Shown here: piece after piece, positions 38,317-48,636 of the stretch | Numbering within the stretch: position 1 is the stretch's first letter | Layout of the letters: each line of letters begins with the position of its first letter | Notes under the pieces: generated by a model | The model's database searches: none | Seen by the model: only the letters and a program-made list of their open reading frames with translations | What the model was told of the DNA's origin: nothing | Position numbers and translations under genes: made by a program | Assembly (NCBI GenBank): GCA_019244185.1 | Contig: JAFATB010000023.1 | Coordinates: 499,446-563,445 of the forward strand | Origin: Acidobacteriota bacterium | GTDB lineage: Bacteria; Acidobacteriota; Thermoanaerobaculia; Gp7-AA8 | Direction: 5' to 3' | DNA: 64,000 nucleotides

Positions 38317-39360
38317 TCACCGGCTCGCGACGGCGGCGATGGCCGATTCGTAAAAGCTGCGCGTGTCCGCGTCGGAGGCGCGGTCGCGCAGCCGGGTGAG
38401 CGCGAGACGGTGAGCGGTTGCAAGCGCGTCCGCCGCGGACGTGGCGATGTCGGGCGGAACGCCTTTACCCTCCCAGTCGACCGTCCCCTCGATCGCGCGC
38501 GCGACCGGCACGGACACGGCGAATTGCGGATCGATGGTCATCCAGCGCGCAGGATGTGCGCCGCCGCGCGTGGTCTCGCCGACGAGCGTGGCGTGCGCGA
38601 TGCGCCGCATGTGCTCCGCGAATCCCTCACCGGCCGACCAGGTGCGCGCGCTTGTGAGCACGTACACGTCTCTGCCGGTGTAGCGCGGCGGCGGCACGAA
38701 GGCGAGCGTCCACTGTTGTGCCGTCGTGTTCGTGAAGCGGTTGAACATCGTCGAGACGTGCACCGGATCGCCCTCCGGCACGAAGTAGGAGAGAAGCAGC
38801 AGCACCATCTCCGGCGAGCCGCCGTCGCTCGCGCGCAGGTCGATGATCAGCGCGTCCGTCGACTGCAGCAGCTTCATCGCGGTCACGACCGCCTCGCCGG
38901 CGAGCGCAGGCTCGTAAAACTTCGTCCACGTCAGCAGCCCGATGTTGCCGTCGAGCCGCTGCACGCCCGCGATGCCGAAGCCGTTCCGCCGCGCCTCCTC
39001 ACGCGCCTCCGCCGCCTCGGCCGGCGTCTCCGGCGCATCCTCCGCGCGCGTGTCCGCGACGGCGCTGTAGCCGAAGCGGAGGTGCTCGTCGTGCACGGCC
39101 GACTGCAGAACGCGATTGACCACCGGCACGAGTGCGAGCGCGGTCGTGGCCGCGGCGACCTCCGGCGACGACTCCGCGTCCCGCAATGCCTTCGCGATCA
39201 GCACCGCCTTGTCCGGAAAGACATAGAACTTCTCGATGCGCTCCGCCGCCGCGTCGAGCAACCGTGCGCGGAGCTCTGGTGTGAGCGGCAGATCGGGAGG
39301 CCGCTGCGCGTGAACGCGAGCCGAGAGGAGAACCGCGAGCGCGAGAACGATCCGCCGCAT
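38317..39360 (-). CDS. S41 family peptidase (IRBP-like), secreted
   Basis: Signal peptide; LIIDLR..DGG, TWSAGEGF, VGETTRGGA, WEGKGV.PD. Confidence 0.87.
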   Translation of the reverse strand: MRRIVLALAVLLSARVHAQRPPDLPLTPELRARLLDAAAERIEKFYVFPDKAVLIAKALRDAESSPEVAAATTALALVPVVNRVLQSAVHDEHLRFGYSAVADTRAEDAPETPAEAAEAREEARRNGFGIAGVQRLDGNIGLLTWTKFYEPALAGEAVVTAMKLLQSTDALIIDLRASDGGSPEMVLLLLSYFVPEGDPVHVSTMFNRFTNTTAQQWTLAFVPPPRYTGRDVYVLTSARTWSAGEGFAEHMRRIAHATLVGETTRGGAHPARWMTIDPQFAVSVPVARAIEGTVDWEGKGVPPDIATSAADALATAHRLALTRLRDRASDADTRSFYESAIAAVASR

Positions 39361-39502
39361 GTCCGGCAACGTACGCCCTCGACGTCGCGAACGTCTTGCA
39401 GCGCAGTTGCGCCACTGGAATGAGAGGTGCGGCGGCGCGCACTCGCGCGTCCGTCCGGACGCCCTGGCGTTTTTCCATCCCGACGGCGTTAAGATGCGCC
39501 GC

Positions 39503-40783
39503 ATGGTCCGAATCAAAGAGCGCGATCTCGATGCGAAGTACAACCGTCTGTTCGGCCGCATGGCCGGGTATCTGCCGCCGAATCGCAGGGCTGTCGATGC
39601 GTATGCGGCGGGGGTGCGGAAGGAGGCGCTGGCGAAGCGCAAAGGTGCCGGCGGCGACGACTGGAAGAGTCCCGGCGTGCGCGCGTTTGCGACGCTCATC
39701 GAGAACGACGGCATCGTGCGGATGTATGTCGAGGAGATGATCCGCGAGCAGGCGCGCGGGCATGCGTCGGTACATTCCGTCGACGAGATGCTGGCCACGC
39801 TCGATCACATCGTGGCGACGGCGCCGCTCTACAACCCCGACAAGGCGAAGCAGGTCTTCTTTCCGATGTCGGCGCTCTTCGCCTACATGATGATGACCAC
39901 GGCCGGCTACGCGGCGTTCCGCTATCCGGCGATCAACGACGTGCTCGTACGCATCCTCAACGAGTGGTGCCGCTTCCTCGACAGTCCCGAATCGACGTAC
40001 GTGCTGAACACCACGAAGTACGGCTGGCTCTCGAAGCCGGCGTACATCCAGTACGAGCTCGAGGACTTCATCATCCCCGACAAGGGCGCGCCGCACTGGG
40101 GGTGGACGTCGTTCAACGCGTTCTTCCACCGCCAGATCCAGCCGGAGAAGCGGCCCATCGCGAAGCCGGGCGATCCGAAGGTGGTGGTCTCCGCGAACGA
40201 CGGCACGATGTACAACATCATGCGCGACGTGCAGCGGCTCGATCGCTTCTGGCTCAAAGGCGAGCCGTACTCGCTGCTGAACATGCTGAACGGCCACGCG
40301 TACGTCGACCGCTTCGCCGGCGGCGACGTCTTCCAGTCGTTCCTCAGCGGCGCGAACTATCACCGCTGGCATTCGCCGATCGCCGGCACCGTGCGCCACG
40401 CGGAGATCGTCACCGCGCTGACGTTCACGGAAGCGGAATCGGCCGGCCCCGATCCGAGCGCGGGCACGCTGTCCCTCGGCTACGAGACCGCCACGAACGT
40501 GCGCGGACTGGTCTACGTCGAAAGCGACGATCCGACCATCGGCCTCGTCTGCGTGATCCCCGTCGGCATCACCGAGATCTCGTCGGTCACGATCGAGGTG
40601 AAGCCGGGGCAGCGCGTCGAGAAGGGCGACGAGCTCGGATACTTCAGCTACGGCGGCTCGACGCTGGCCATCGTCTTCCAGCCCGGCGCGATCAAGAAGT
40701 TCATCCCGAAGAATCCGCACGCGAAGAATCCGAAGAATCCGGCGACGATCCAGGTGAACGGCGCGATCGCGATCGCGAACTGA
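39503..40783 (+). CDS. Phosphatidylserine decarboxylase-like pyruvoyl enzyme with N-terminal PSD-associated domain (PsiD-like architecture)
   Basis: LNEWCRFLDSPES, SFNAFFHR, YHRWHSPI, GDELGYFSYGGST self-cleavage site; TAAGAT 7 nt upstream of ATG. Confidence 0.85.
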   Translation: MVRIKERDLDAKYNRLFGRMAGYLPPNRRAVDAYAAGVRKEALAKRKGAGGDDWKSPGVRAFATLIENDGIVRMYVEEMIREQARGHASVHSVDEMLATLDHIVATAPLYNPDKAKQVFFPMSALFAYMMMTTAGYAAFRYPAINDVLVRILNEWCRFLDSPESTYVLNTTKYGWLSKPAYIQYELEDFIIPDKGAPHWGWTSFNAFFHRQIQPEKRPIAKPGDPKVVVSANDGTMYNIMRDVQRLDRFWLKGEPYSLLNMLNGHAYVDRFAGGDVFQSFLSGANYHRWHSPIAGTVRHAEIVTALTFTEAESAGPDPSAGTLSLGYETATNVRGLVYVESDDPTIGLVCVIPVGITEISSVTIEVKPGQRVEKGDELGYFSYGGSTLAIVFQPGAIKKFIPKNPHAKNPKNPATIQVNGAIAIAN

Positions 40784-40825
40784 GCGCTGCAACCCGAAGC
40801 GCGCTCGCTCCGTATCGCTCGTGGG

Positions 40826-41617
40826 ATGAGCGAAGTCTCGACGCATGGTCTCGCGGTGCGGACGTGGACCGTCGGCGCACTGCATTCGTTCGAGGCGGAC
40901 TACGCGCCCGGACTGACGATCGCGACGCACGCGCATCACGGCGACGCGTTCGTGAATCTGGTTGTCGCCGGCGTTCTGCGCGAGACGCGGGGGCGCGAGA
41001 CGATCGAGTTGCCCGCGGCGACGCTCGTCTTTCACGCCGACGGCGAAGAGCGGAGGAACGTCTTCGGTCCGCACGCCACGCGGCTCTTCACGCTGCGCCT
41101 CGATCCGGCATTGCTTGACCGCGAGCGCGCGTTGCCGCGCCGCCGGTCGCGCGTGCTCGGCGATCCGCTGCTCGTGCGTCTCGTGCACCGGCTCCGCACC
41201 GAGTTATGGGCAGGCGAGGCGGCGCCGATCGTGGTCGACAGCCTGGCGGCGGAGTTGGTGCGGCTCATCGCCGGCGCGCGTGACGGGCATCGCGTGCAAC
41301 CGCGCTGGCTGAAGGACGTGCGCGACATCCTCCACGACGAGTGCGCGGAGCGCCTGACGCTGCAGGAGCTCGCGTCGCGCGCCGGCGTCCATCCGATTCA
41401 TCTGCACCGCACGTTTCGCGCGCGGTACGGCTGCACGATCGGCGACTACGTGCGCCGCATGCGCATCGAAGAGGCGTGTCTGCGTCTGCGCCGGACGCCG
41501 TCATCGCTCGCGCAGTTGTCGCTCGATCTCGGCTTCGTCGATCAGGCGCACTTCTCGCGCGTCTTCAAACAGCTCGTCGGCGTGACTCCCGGCCGCTACC
41601 GGCGCGACCGAGGCTAA
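40826..41617 (+). CDS. AraC family transcriptional regulator
   Basis: Cupin HAHH, HPIHLHRTF, GFVDQAHFSRVFK..GVTPGRYR. Confidence 0.9.
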   Translation: MSEVSTHGLAVRTWTVGALHSFEADYAPGLTIATHAHHGDAFVNLVVAGVLRETRGRETIELPAATLVFHADGEERRNVFGPHATRLFTLRLDPALLDRERALPRRRSRVLGDPLLVRLVHRLRTELWAGEAAPIVVDSLAAELVRLIAGARDGHRVQPRWLKDVRDILHDECAERLTLQELASRAGVHPIHLHRTFRARYGCTIGDYVRRMRIEEACLRLRRTPSSLAQLSLDLGFVDQAHFSRVFKQLVGVTPGRYRRDRG

Positions 41618-41661
41618 TCGGATACAAGACGCGTTGTCGTGCAGCGGCTACGCTCGTCTGC

Positions 41662-42909
41662 ATGCGACTCCTCGCCGCCGCTCTCGCACTCTTCGCCGCG
41701 CAGGTCCTTCTCGCCGCGGAGCCGATTTCGCGGACGATCACCGTGCCGCTCGACTACACCAATACCGCGCTCGGCCACGCGGAATTGACGATTGAATTCG
41801 GCGCGCCGTTCGACCGCACGAAGCCGACCGTCATCGTCGTCGCCGACGGCCAGCAGTTCTATCTGCAGCGCGGCTCGGTGGCCGAACTGCAGACGCGGCG
41901 CTTCGGCGACGCCTTCAACGTCGTCGGCATCCTCGGCCGCGGCGCGACCGACGCCTTCATCGCCGCCACGCGCGGCGAGGGCGGGGCGACGGACTGGCGG
42001 AAGGCCTGGCAGATCTTCCGCGCCGAACAGTGGATGGGCGACATCGACGCCGTACGCCGCGCGCTTGCCGGCGACGACGGCAACTTCTACCTCTTCGGCG
42101 CGTCCGGCGGCGCCGATCTCATTCATCAGTTCCTGCTGCGCTACGGGCGGCACGTGCTGCGCGCCTACACCGGCAGCCCGGGGAACGATGCGCTCGCGCG
42201 CGAGCTGCGCCTGCGGGATGAAGGCACGTGGGATGAGCTGAGCAGCGATCCGTCGCTCGAGGTGAAACTGCAGAAGGTGCTCGCTGACCATCCTGCCGAA
42301 CGCGCCGCGATCATGACGGCGCTGCAGCGCCAGCATTTCTTCGTCTCCGCCGCCGATCTCCCTCGCGAGCGCAGCGCGCTCATCGACGCGCTCGCGCGCT
42401 GGGACGTCGCAGCATTTGCGCACGCGCGCGAGACCTATCAGGTCGACGCGATTCTCGAGCTCGAACGCTCGCCGCGCGGCATCGCCATCGCCGTCCGCGA
42501 ATTCGAATTCCTTTACGCCTCGGGTACGTACCGGCGGCTCGGTGATGGTCATCTGCATCCGTCGATCGAAGCCGTGTACACGAGCACGAAACCGCTGATC
42601 GAGCTCGCCGAACGCGGCGACATCACGCCGCCGCGGTTCGATCTCACGCCGGCGCACGCATTATCGACCGAAGTCTTTTTACTCGCCGCGCGGTGGGACG
42701 AGGCGATCGACTACCGCATCTCGATCGCGCTCGCCTACAGCTATCCGCATCACGAGCTGTTTCTCGCCGACGACAACCACATGTTCGGCAACGCGAAGGC
42801 CGGCGAGCTGCAGTCTCGCATCGTGCAGACGTTTCTTCGCTACGGCCTCGGCTCGCCCGAACTCCGCAAGCTGCTCGACGAGATCGAGTGGTACCGCTGG
42901 CACGAGTAG
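41662..42909 (+). CDS. Secreted alpha/beta hydrolase fold protein
   Basis: Signal peptide; GASGG nucleophile elbow; late D (WDEAID) and H (DNHM). Confidence 0.7.
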   Translation: MRLLAAALALFAAQVLLAAEPISRTITVPLDYTNTALGHAELTIEFGAPFDRTKPTVIVVADGQQFYLQRGSVAELQTRRFGDAFNVVGILGRGATDAFIAATRGEGGATDWRKAWQIFRAEQWMGDIDAVRRALAGDDGNFYLFGASGGADLIHQFLLRYGRHVLRAYTGSPGNDALARELRLRDEGTWDELSSDPSLEVKLQKVLADHPAERAAIMTALQRQHFFVSAADLPRERSALIDALARWDVAAFAHARETYQVDAILELERSPRGIAIAVREFEFLYASGTYRRLGDGHLHPSIEAVYTSTKPLIELAERGDITPPRFDLTPAHALSTEVFLLAARWDEAIDYRISIALAYSYPHHELFLADDNHMFGNAKAGELQSRIVQTFLRYGLGSPELRKLLDEIEWYRWHE

Positions 42910-42919
42910 CGGTGCGAGC

Positions 42920-44323
42920 TCACGGCTGCGATGCAGGCGGTTCGGGTTCGCTCCAACCGCCGCCCAGCGCGCGATACAGATCCACGAGCGCCACGAGCCG
43001 GTCGCGCCGCAGTTGCGCGAGTCCCGTCTCCGCGGCGAGCAGCTGTTCCTGCGCGTCGAGCACCTCGAAGTACGCCGAGAAGCCGGATTCGTAGCGCAGC
43101 GTCGCGAGCCGCACGGCATCGCGATCCGACGCCGCGGCTTTCGCGCGCAGCGTCTCCGCCTCGGCGAGCTTTTCGTTCGACACGAGATCGGTCGACACTT
43201 CGCCAAGCGCGGCGGTGATCGCGCGCTCGTACGCGGCGCGCGCTTCGTCGAACTGCGCGAGCGCGACGCGGCGCTGATTGCGCAGGCGTCCGGCGTTGAA
43301 GATCGGTCCGAGCAGGCCCGCCTGCATGCTCCAGGTGTGACCGCCGCCGAGGAGCGTTGCGAGCTCGGGGCTTTGTCCGCCGAGGAGACCGGTGAGGCTG
43401 AGCGTTGGATAGAACGCGGCTTGCGCGACGCCGATGTCGGCATTCGCGGCGATGAGATTCTGCTCGGCGCCGCGGATGTCGGGACGCCGCAGCAAGAGCG
43501 CCGACGGCAGTCCCGCGGGAACGCTCGGCGGCAGCGGCTGTTCGCTCAGCGCGAGGCCGCGCGGAATCGGAGCGGGCATGCGGCCGAGGAGCAGGTTGAG
43601 CTGATTCTCCTTCGCGACGATCGCGCGTTCGAGCAGTGGGATCTGTGCGGATTCGACCGCGAGCAACGCTTCGGCGCGTGCGGTGTCGAGTCCGGACGCG
43701 GTGCCGCCTTCCGCGCGGCGGCGGAAGAGATCGGCGGTGTTCTGGAACGCGGCCGTGTTGCGCCGTGCGATCTCGAGCTCGGCGTCGAGCTCGCGCAGAT
43801 CGAAGTACGCCGACGCGACCTCGGCGATCAGCGACAGCAGCACGCCGCGCCGCGCTTCTTCGGTGGCGAGGTAGTCGGCGCGCGCGGCTTCGTTGAGGCG
43901 GCGGATGCGGCCCCACAGATCCGCTTCCCAGCCGACGTTCACGTTCGCGACGATGAAGCCGCCGGTGGTGTTGCTCGGCGATGCGAACTCGGACGTATGC
44001 CCGTATTCGTAGAGCGCGTTGTAGCCGACGTTCGGATAGCGCAGCGAGCCGGCGATGCCGTAACGCGCGCGCGCTTCCTCGACGCGCGCGGCGGCGATGC
44101 GCACGTCGAAGCCGTTGCGCAGCGACTCGTCGATGAGCGTGCGCAGCGTCGGGTCGCGGAAGAGATCGAACCATGCGACGTCGGCGAGCGACGCGGCGTC
44201 GGCGGGCGAGGTCGCGCCGTAGAACTGATCCGGCAGCGCGACGTTCGGCCGTTGGTAGTTCGGGCCGACCGTGCAGGCGGCGAGGAAGATAAGCGCGGGA
44301 AGCAGCGAGAGGCGCTTCATCAT
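42920..44323 (-). CDS. RND efflux outer membrane lipoprotein (OprM/NodT family)
   Basis: LAACTVGPNYQRP lipobox, WEADLWGRIRR, RRPDI, LYRALGGGW. Confidence 0.92.
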   Translation of the reverse strand: MMKRLSLLPALIFLAACTVGPNYQRPNVALPDQFYGATSPADAASLADVAWFDLFRDPTLRTLIDESLRNGFDVRIAAARVEEARARYGIAGSLRYPNVGYNALYEYGHTSEFASPSNTTGGFIVANVNVGWEADLWGRIRRLNEAARADYLATEEARRGVLLSLIAEVASAYFDLRELDAELEIARRNTAAFQNTADLFRRRAEGGTASGLDTARAEALLAVESAQIPLLERAIVAKENQLNLLLGRMPAPIPRGLALSEQPLPPSVPAGLPSALLLRRPDIRGAEQNLIAANADIGVAQAAFYPTLSLTGLLGGQSPELATLLGGGHTWSMQAGLLGPIFNAGRLRNQRRVALAQFDEARAAYERAITAALGEVSTDLVSNEKLAEAETLRAKAAASDRDAVRLATLRYESGFSAYFEVLDAQEQLLAAETGLAQLRRDRLVALVDLYRALGGGWSEPEPPASQP

Positions 44324-47300
44324 CACTGAACCGCCTCGTGCGACACGTGCGTGTCGGTGTCGTGCGACAGCTTCGTTTCGAGCTTGCGCTCCTTGCGCGC
44401 GATGCGCTCGACGACGACGTACAACGCGGGGATGAGGAAGACGCCGAGGAGCGTCGCCGCGAGCATGCCGGCGACGACGACCGTGCCGAGGATCTCGCGC
44501 GAGGCCGCGCCGGCGCCGGTGGCGATCCAGAGCGGAACGCAGCCGAGGATGAACGCGAAGGACGTCATCAGAATCGGCCGCAATCGCAAGCGCGCGCCTT
44601 GCAGCGCGGCGGTGACGAGGTCGGAGCCTTTCTCGAACTCCGCCTTCGCGAACTCCACGATCAGGATCGCGTTCTTCGCCGCGAGTCCGATCAGCACGAT
44701 GAGACCGATCTGGCCGAAGACGTCGAAGTTGAACTTGCGCAGCAGGAGGCCGACGAACGCGCCGAACACCGCGATCGGAACGGAGAGCAGCACGCTGAAC
44801 GGCAGCGACCAGCTTTCGTAGAGCGCCGCGAGAATCAGGAAGACGAACACCATCGACAGCGCGAACGTGCGTCCGGTGGTGCCGGCGGCGCGGCGCTCCT
44901 GGAACGAGAGATCGGACCAGTCGACGCCCATCTCGCGCGGCAACGTCTGCGCCGCGACTTGTTCGAGCGCGGCCATCGCCTGTCCCGAGCTGTAGCCCGG
45001 CGCTGCGGATCCGGTGACCTGCGCGGCGCGGAAGAGATTGAAGCGCTGCGTGTACTCGGGTCCATACGTCGTGCGCACGGTCGTCAGCGCGGACAGCGGC
45101 ACCATGTTCCCGTCGTTGTTGCGCACGTAGAAGCGGCCGATGTCCTGCGGGGTGAGACGATCCGCCGATTCGGCCTGCATGAAGACGCGCCACTGGCGGC
45201 CGAAGCGGTTGAATTGATTGACGAAGGTGCCGCCGAGGTACGCCTGCAGCGCCTGATAGACGTCGCCGATCGGTACGCCCTGTTTCAGCGCCTTGTCGCG
45301 ATCGACGTCGACGAACACCTGCGGCACGGCCGCGCGGAACGTGCTGTTCACGTTCTGCAGCTCGGGACGTTTCTTTGCCGCGGCGAGGAACTTCTGCAGG
45401 TTGTCGTCGAGGAACGCGACGTTGTTGCCGCTGCGGTCCTGAATCCACATCGAGAAGCCGCCCGCGGATCCGAGTCCGGGAATCGGCGGCGGCAGAAACG
45501 CGAAGACGTTCGCCTCGGGGATCTCCGCCTTGAACCTGCCGTTGAGTTTCGCGATCAGCGCCTTCGCGTCCATGTCCTTGCCGCCGCGCGCTTCCCACGG
45601 ATCGAGGCTGACGAAGAAGAAGCCGTTGTACGTCGCGGAGACGTAGGCGAGGAGGCTGAAGCCGGCGATCGTGCTGTACGCGTGCACGCCTTTCGTGTCG
45701 CCGAGGATGTGCTCGACTTTGCGGCAGACGACGTCGGTGCGCTGCAGCGACGCGGCGTCGGGGAGCTGGATGTTGAGGAAAAAGTAGCCCTGGTCTTCGT
45801 CGGGAACGAAGCTGCTCGGCAGCTTCTTGCCGAGGACGCCGGCGAAGAGCGCGAAGATGCCGAGAATGATGAACGTCATGACGGCCTTGCGGATCAGCAG
45901 CCCGGACACCTTGACGTAGTTGCCGGTCATCCGCTCGAACCAGCGATTGAAGCCGCCGAAGACGCGGCCGATCGCGTCTTCGTTCTTCTTGCGCGGCCGC
46001 AGCAGCATCGCCGCGAGTGCGGGCGAGAGGCTGAGCGCGTTGAACGCGGAGATGAGCACCGACACCGCGATCGTCACCGCGAACTGCCGATTGAGCCGGC
46101 CCTGAATGCCGCCCATGAACGCGACCGGCAAAAAGACGGACGACAGAATGAGCGCGATCGCGACGACCGGTCCGGCGACTTCCTTCATCGCCTGCACCGT
46201 CGCGGCGCGCGGCGCCATCCCTTCTTCGATGTGATGCTCGACCGCTTCGACGACGACGATGGCGTCGTCGACGACGAGTCCGATCGCGAGCACGAGGCCG
46301 AAGAGCGAGAGCGTGTTGATCGAAAAGCCGAGGAGCGGGAACAGCGCGAACGTGCCGATCAGCGACACCGGCACCGCGACGATCGGAATCAGGGTCGCGC
46401 GCCAGTTCTGCAGGAAGAGGAAGACGACCAGGATCACGAGCGCCATCGCCTCGAGCAGCGTGAGCACGATCTCGTGAATGCCTTCCGTCACCGGCGCGGT
46501 CGTGTCGACGGCGATCGCGTACTCCATGTCGTCGGGGAACGTGGCTTTAATCTTCTCCATCGCCGCGCGCACGCCCTGCGCGACGGCGAGCGCATTCGAG
46601 CCGGGCGCCTGGTAGATGCCGATGACCGACGCCTGACGTCCGTTGAAGCGGCCGATTTGTTTGTACGAGAGCGCGCCGAGCTCCACGCGCGCGACGTCGC
46701 CGACGCGCACGGCCGAGCCGTCGGGGTTGATGCGCACGACGATGTTCGCGAACTCCTGCGGCGTCGACAGGCGCCCCTGCGAGCGCACGGTGTACGTGAA
46801 CTCCTGGCCGTTCGGCGCCGGCTCCGCGCCGATCTGGCCCGCGGGATTCACGGTGCTCTGCGACTGGATCGCCTTCTGAACGTCGGCGACCGTGAGTCCG
46901 AGCTTCGCGAGCTGGTCGGCCTTCAGCCAGATGCGCATCGCGTATTCGGACGCGCCGAAGTTCAGCACCTGGCCGACGCCGGGCACGCGGTAGATCGCGT
47001 CGTTGACGTTGATGAGCGCGTAGTTGCCGAGAAACAGGCCTGAATACGTGCCTTTCGGCGAGTAGAGCGCGACGATCATCATCGGCACGCCCTGCGTCTT
47101 CCGGTACGTCAGCCCGAACTGATTGACCTCGGGCGGCAGACTCGGCGCCGCCTGCGACACGCGGTTCTGCGCGTTGACCTGGTCACTATTGCGGTCCGTG
47201 CCGACGTCGAACGTGACGCGCTCGGTGATCGTGCCGTCGCTCGCGTTCACCGACTGGATGTAGAGCGAGTCTTCGACGCCGTTCATCTGCTGCTCGATCG

Positions 47301-47490
47301 GCGTGGCCACCGACTGCTCGATCGTCAGCGCGTCGGCGCCGGGGTACTGGCTCTGGATCTGGATCAGCGGCGGCACGAGGTCGGGGAACTGCGCGACCGG
47401 CAGGCCGATCATCGCCACGAGTCCGCCGAGGACGATGACGATGGAGATGACGATGGCGACGACGGGGCGGTTGATGAAGAAACTGGCCAT
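44323..47490 (-). CDS. HAE1 family RND efflux permease
   Basis: FFINRPV, GLVVDDAIVVVE, KNAILIVEFA, RLRPILMTSFAF. Confidence 0.94.
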   Translation of the reverse strand: MASFFINRPVVAIVISIVIVLGGLVAMIGLPVAQFPDLVPPLIQIQSQYPGADALTIEQSVATPIEQQMNGVEDSLYIQSVNASDGTITERVTFDVGTDRNSDQVNAQNRVSQAAPSLPPEVNQFGLTYRKTQGVPMMIVALYSPKGTYSGLFLGNYALINVNDAIYRVPGVGQVLNFGASEYAMRIWLKADQLAKLGLTVADVQKAIQSQSTVNPAGQIGAEPAPNGQEFTYTVRSQGRLSTPQEFANIVVRINPDGSAVRVGDVARVELGALSYKQIGRFNGRQASVIGIYQAPGSNALAVAQGVRAAMEKIKATFPDDMEYAIAVDTTAPVTEGIHEIVLTLLEAMALVILVVFLFLQNWRATLIPIVAVPVSLIGTFALFPLLGFSINTLSLFGLVLAIGLVVDDAIVVVEAVEHHIEEGMAPRAATVQAMKEVAGPVVAIALILSSVFLPVAFMGGIQGRLNRQFAVTIAVSVLISAFNALSLSPALAAMLLRPRKKNEDAIGRVFGGFNRWFERMTGNYVKVSGLLIRKAVMTFIILGIFALFAGVLGKKLPSSFVPDEDQGYFFLNIQLPDAASLQRTDVVCRKVEHILGDTKGVHAYSTIAGFSLLAYVSATYNGFFFVSLDPWEARGGKDMDAKALIAKLNGRFKAEIPEANVFAFLPPPIPGLGSAGGFSMWIQDRSGNNVAFLDDNLQKFLAAAKKRPELQNVNSTFRAAVPQVFVDVDRDKALKQGVPIGDVYQALQAYLGGTFVNQFNRFGRQWRVFMQAESADRLTPQDIGRFYVRNNDGNMVPLSALTTVRTTYGPEYTQRFNLFRAAQVTGSAAPGYSSGQAMAALEQVAAQTLPREMGVDWSDLSFQERRAAGTTGRTFALSMVFVFLILAALYESWSLPFSVLLSVPIAVFGAFVGLLLRKFNFDVFGQIGLIVLIGLAAKNAILIVEFAKAEFEKGSDLVTAALQGARLRLRPILMTSFAFILGCVPLWIATGAGAASREILGTVVVAGMLAATLLGVFLIPALYVVVERIARKERKLETKLSHDTDTHVSHEAVQ

Positions 47491-47502
47491 CGAGTCGGGT
47501 TC

Positions 47503-48636
47503 CTACTTCGCCGCGGATGTGGACCTGGAGGTCGTGTCGGCGACGGTGGCCGCGTCCTGCGGAACGACTTTCGCGCCGCTCTTCACGCGTGAGAAGCCTT
47601 CGACGATCACGTGCTCGCCGGGTGCGAGCCCTTCCTCGATGATCCAGTCGCTGCCGACGCGCTCGCCCGCTTTCACGGTGCGCACGGTCACGGTGTTGTC
47701 CGCGTTCACGACGCCGACCTGCTCGATGCCCTGCAGCTCGTTGACGGCGCGCTGCGGCACGAGAAGCGCGTTGTGGCGCACGTTCGTGACCGCGCGGACT
47801 TTCGCGTACTGGCCGGGGCGCAGCACGTTGCCGGGATTCGGGAAGAGGCCGATGGTGGTGATCGTGCCGGTCTTGACGTCGACGTCGCGGCCGGAGAGTG
47901 CGATGTGGCCTTTGTGCGGGAAGACGCTGCCGTCCGCGAGCACGAGCTCGAGCTCCGCGTTGCGCATCGCGGGGTCGCTCTGGAACTGCAGGTACTCCTG
48001 TTCGCTGACCTGATACGCGACGCGGATCGGATCGACGGTGGAGACGGTGGTGAGGATCGTCTGCGGGCTCACGAGATCGCCGACCTGCTGCGTCGCGAGG
48101 CCTGCGATGCCGCTGATGGGCGACGTGACGCGCGTCCACGCGACGTTGAGCCGCGCCTGTTCGACCGCGGCCTGCAACGCGCCGACGGTGGCCTGCGCCG
48201 CGGCGCGTGCGGATCGCGCGTTGTCGAGCTCCTGCTGGCTGAGCGCTTTCTCTGCCGCGAGCGGCTCGTAGCGCTGCACGTCGTGCTCGCTCTTCGCGAG
48301 ACCCGCGCGCGCCTGCTCGAGGTTCGCCTCGGCCTGCCGCAGCTGTGCCTGCGCCTGGCGCGTGTCGATCTCGAAGAGCAGCTGCCCGCGCTGTACGTAG
48401 CTGCCTTCCTGATACGCGCGGCGCAGCAGGTAGCCGTCGACCTTCGGGCGGATGTCGGCGTTGACGTCGCCCTGCGTCGTGCCGATCCATTCGCGATAGA
48501 CGGGCTGGTCGCGCTGGATGACGGAGGTGACGACGACGTGCGCGGGCGGGGGAGGGGCGCTGCTCTTGTCGTCGGCGGCGCTCTTGCCGCACGCGGCGAG
48601 GAAGGCGATCGGAAGCAGGAGTACGTACTTCTTCAT
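47503..48636 (-). CDS. RND efflux periplasmic adaptor (MFP), lipoprotein
   Basis: LAAC lipobox; EGSYVQRGQLLFEID, SPISG, FPNP..LRPGQY. Confidence 0.9.
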   Translation of the reverse strand: MKKYVLLLPIAFLAACGKSAADDKSSAPPPPAHVVVTSVIQRDQPVYREWIGTTQGDVNADIRPKVDGYLLRRAYQEGSYVQRGQLLFEIDTRQAQAQLRQAEANLEQARAGLAKSEHDVQRYEPLAAEKALSQQELDNARSARAAAQATVGALQAAVEQARLNVAWTRVTSPISGIAGLATQQVGDLVSPQTILTTVSTVDPIRVAYQVSEQEYLQFQSDPAMRNAELELVLADGSVFPHKGHIALSGRDVDVKTGTITTIGLFPNPGNVLRPGQYAKVRAVTNVRHNALLVPQRAVNELQGIEQVGVVNADNTVTVRTVKAGERVGSDWIIEEGLAPGEHVIVEGFSRVKSGAKVVPQDAATVADTTSRSTSAAK

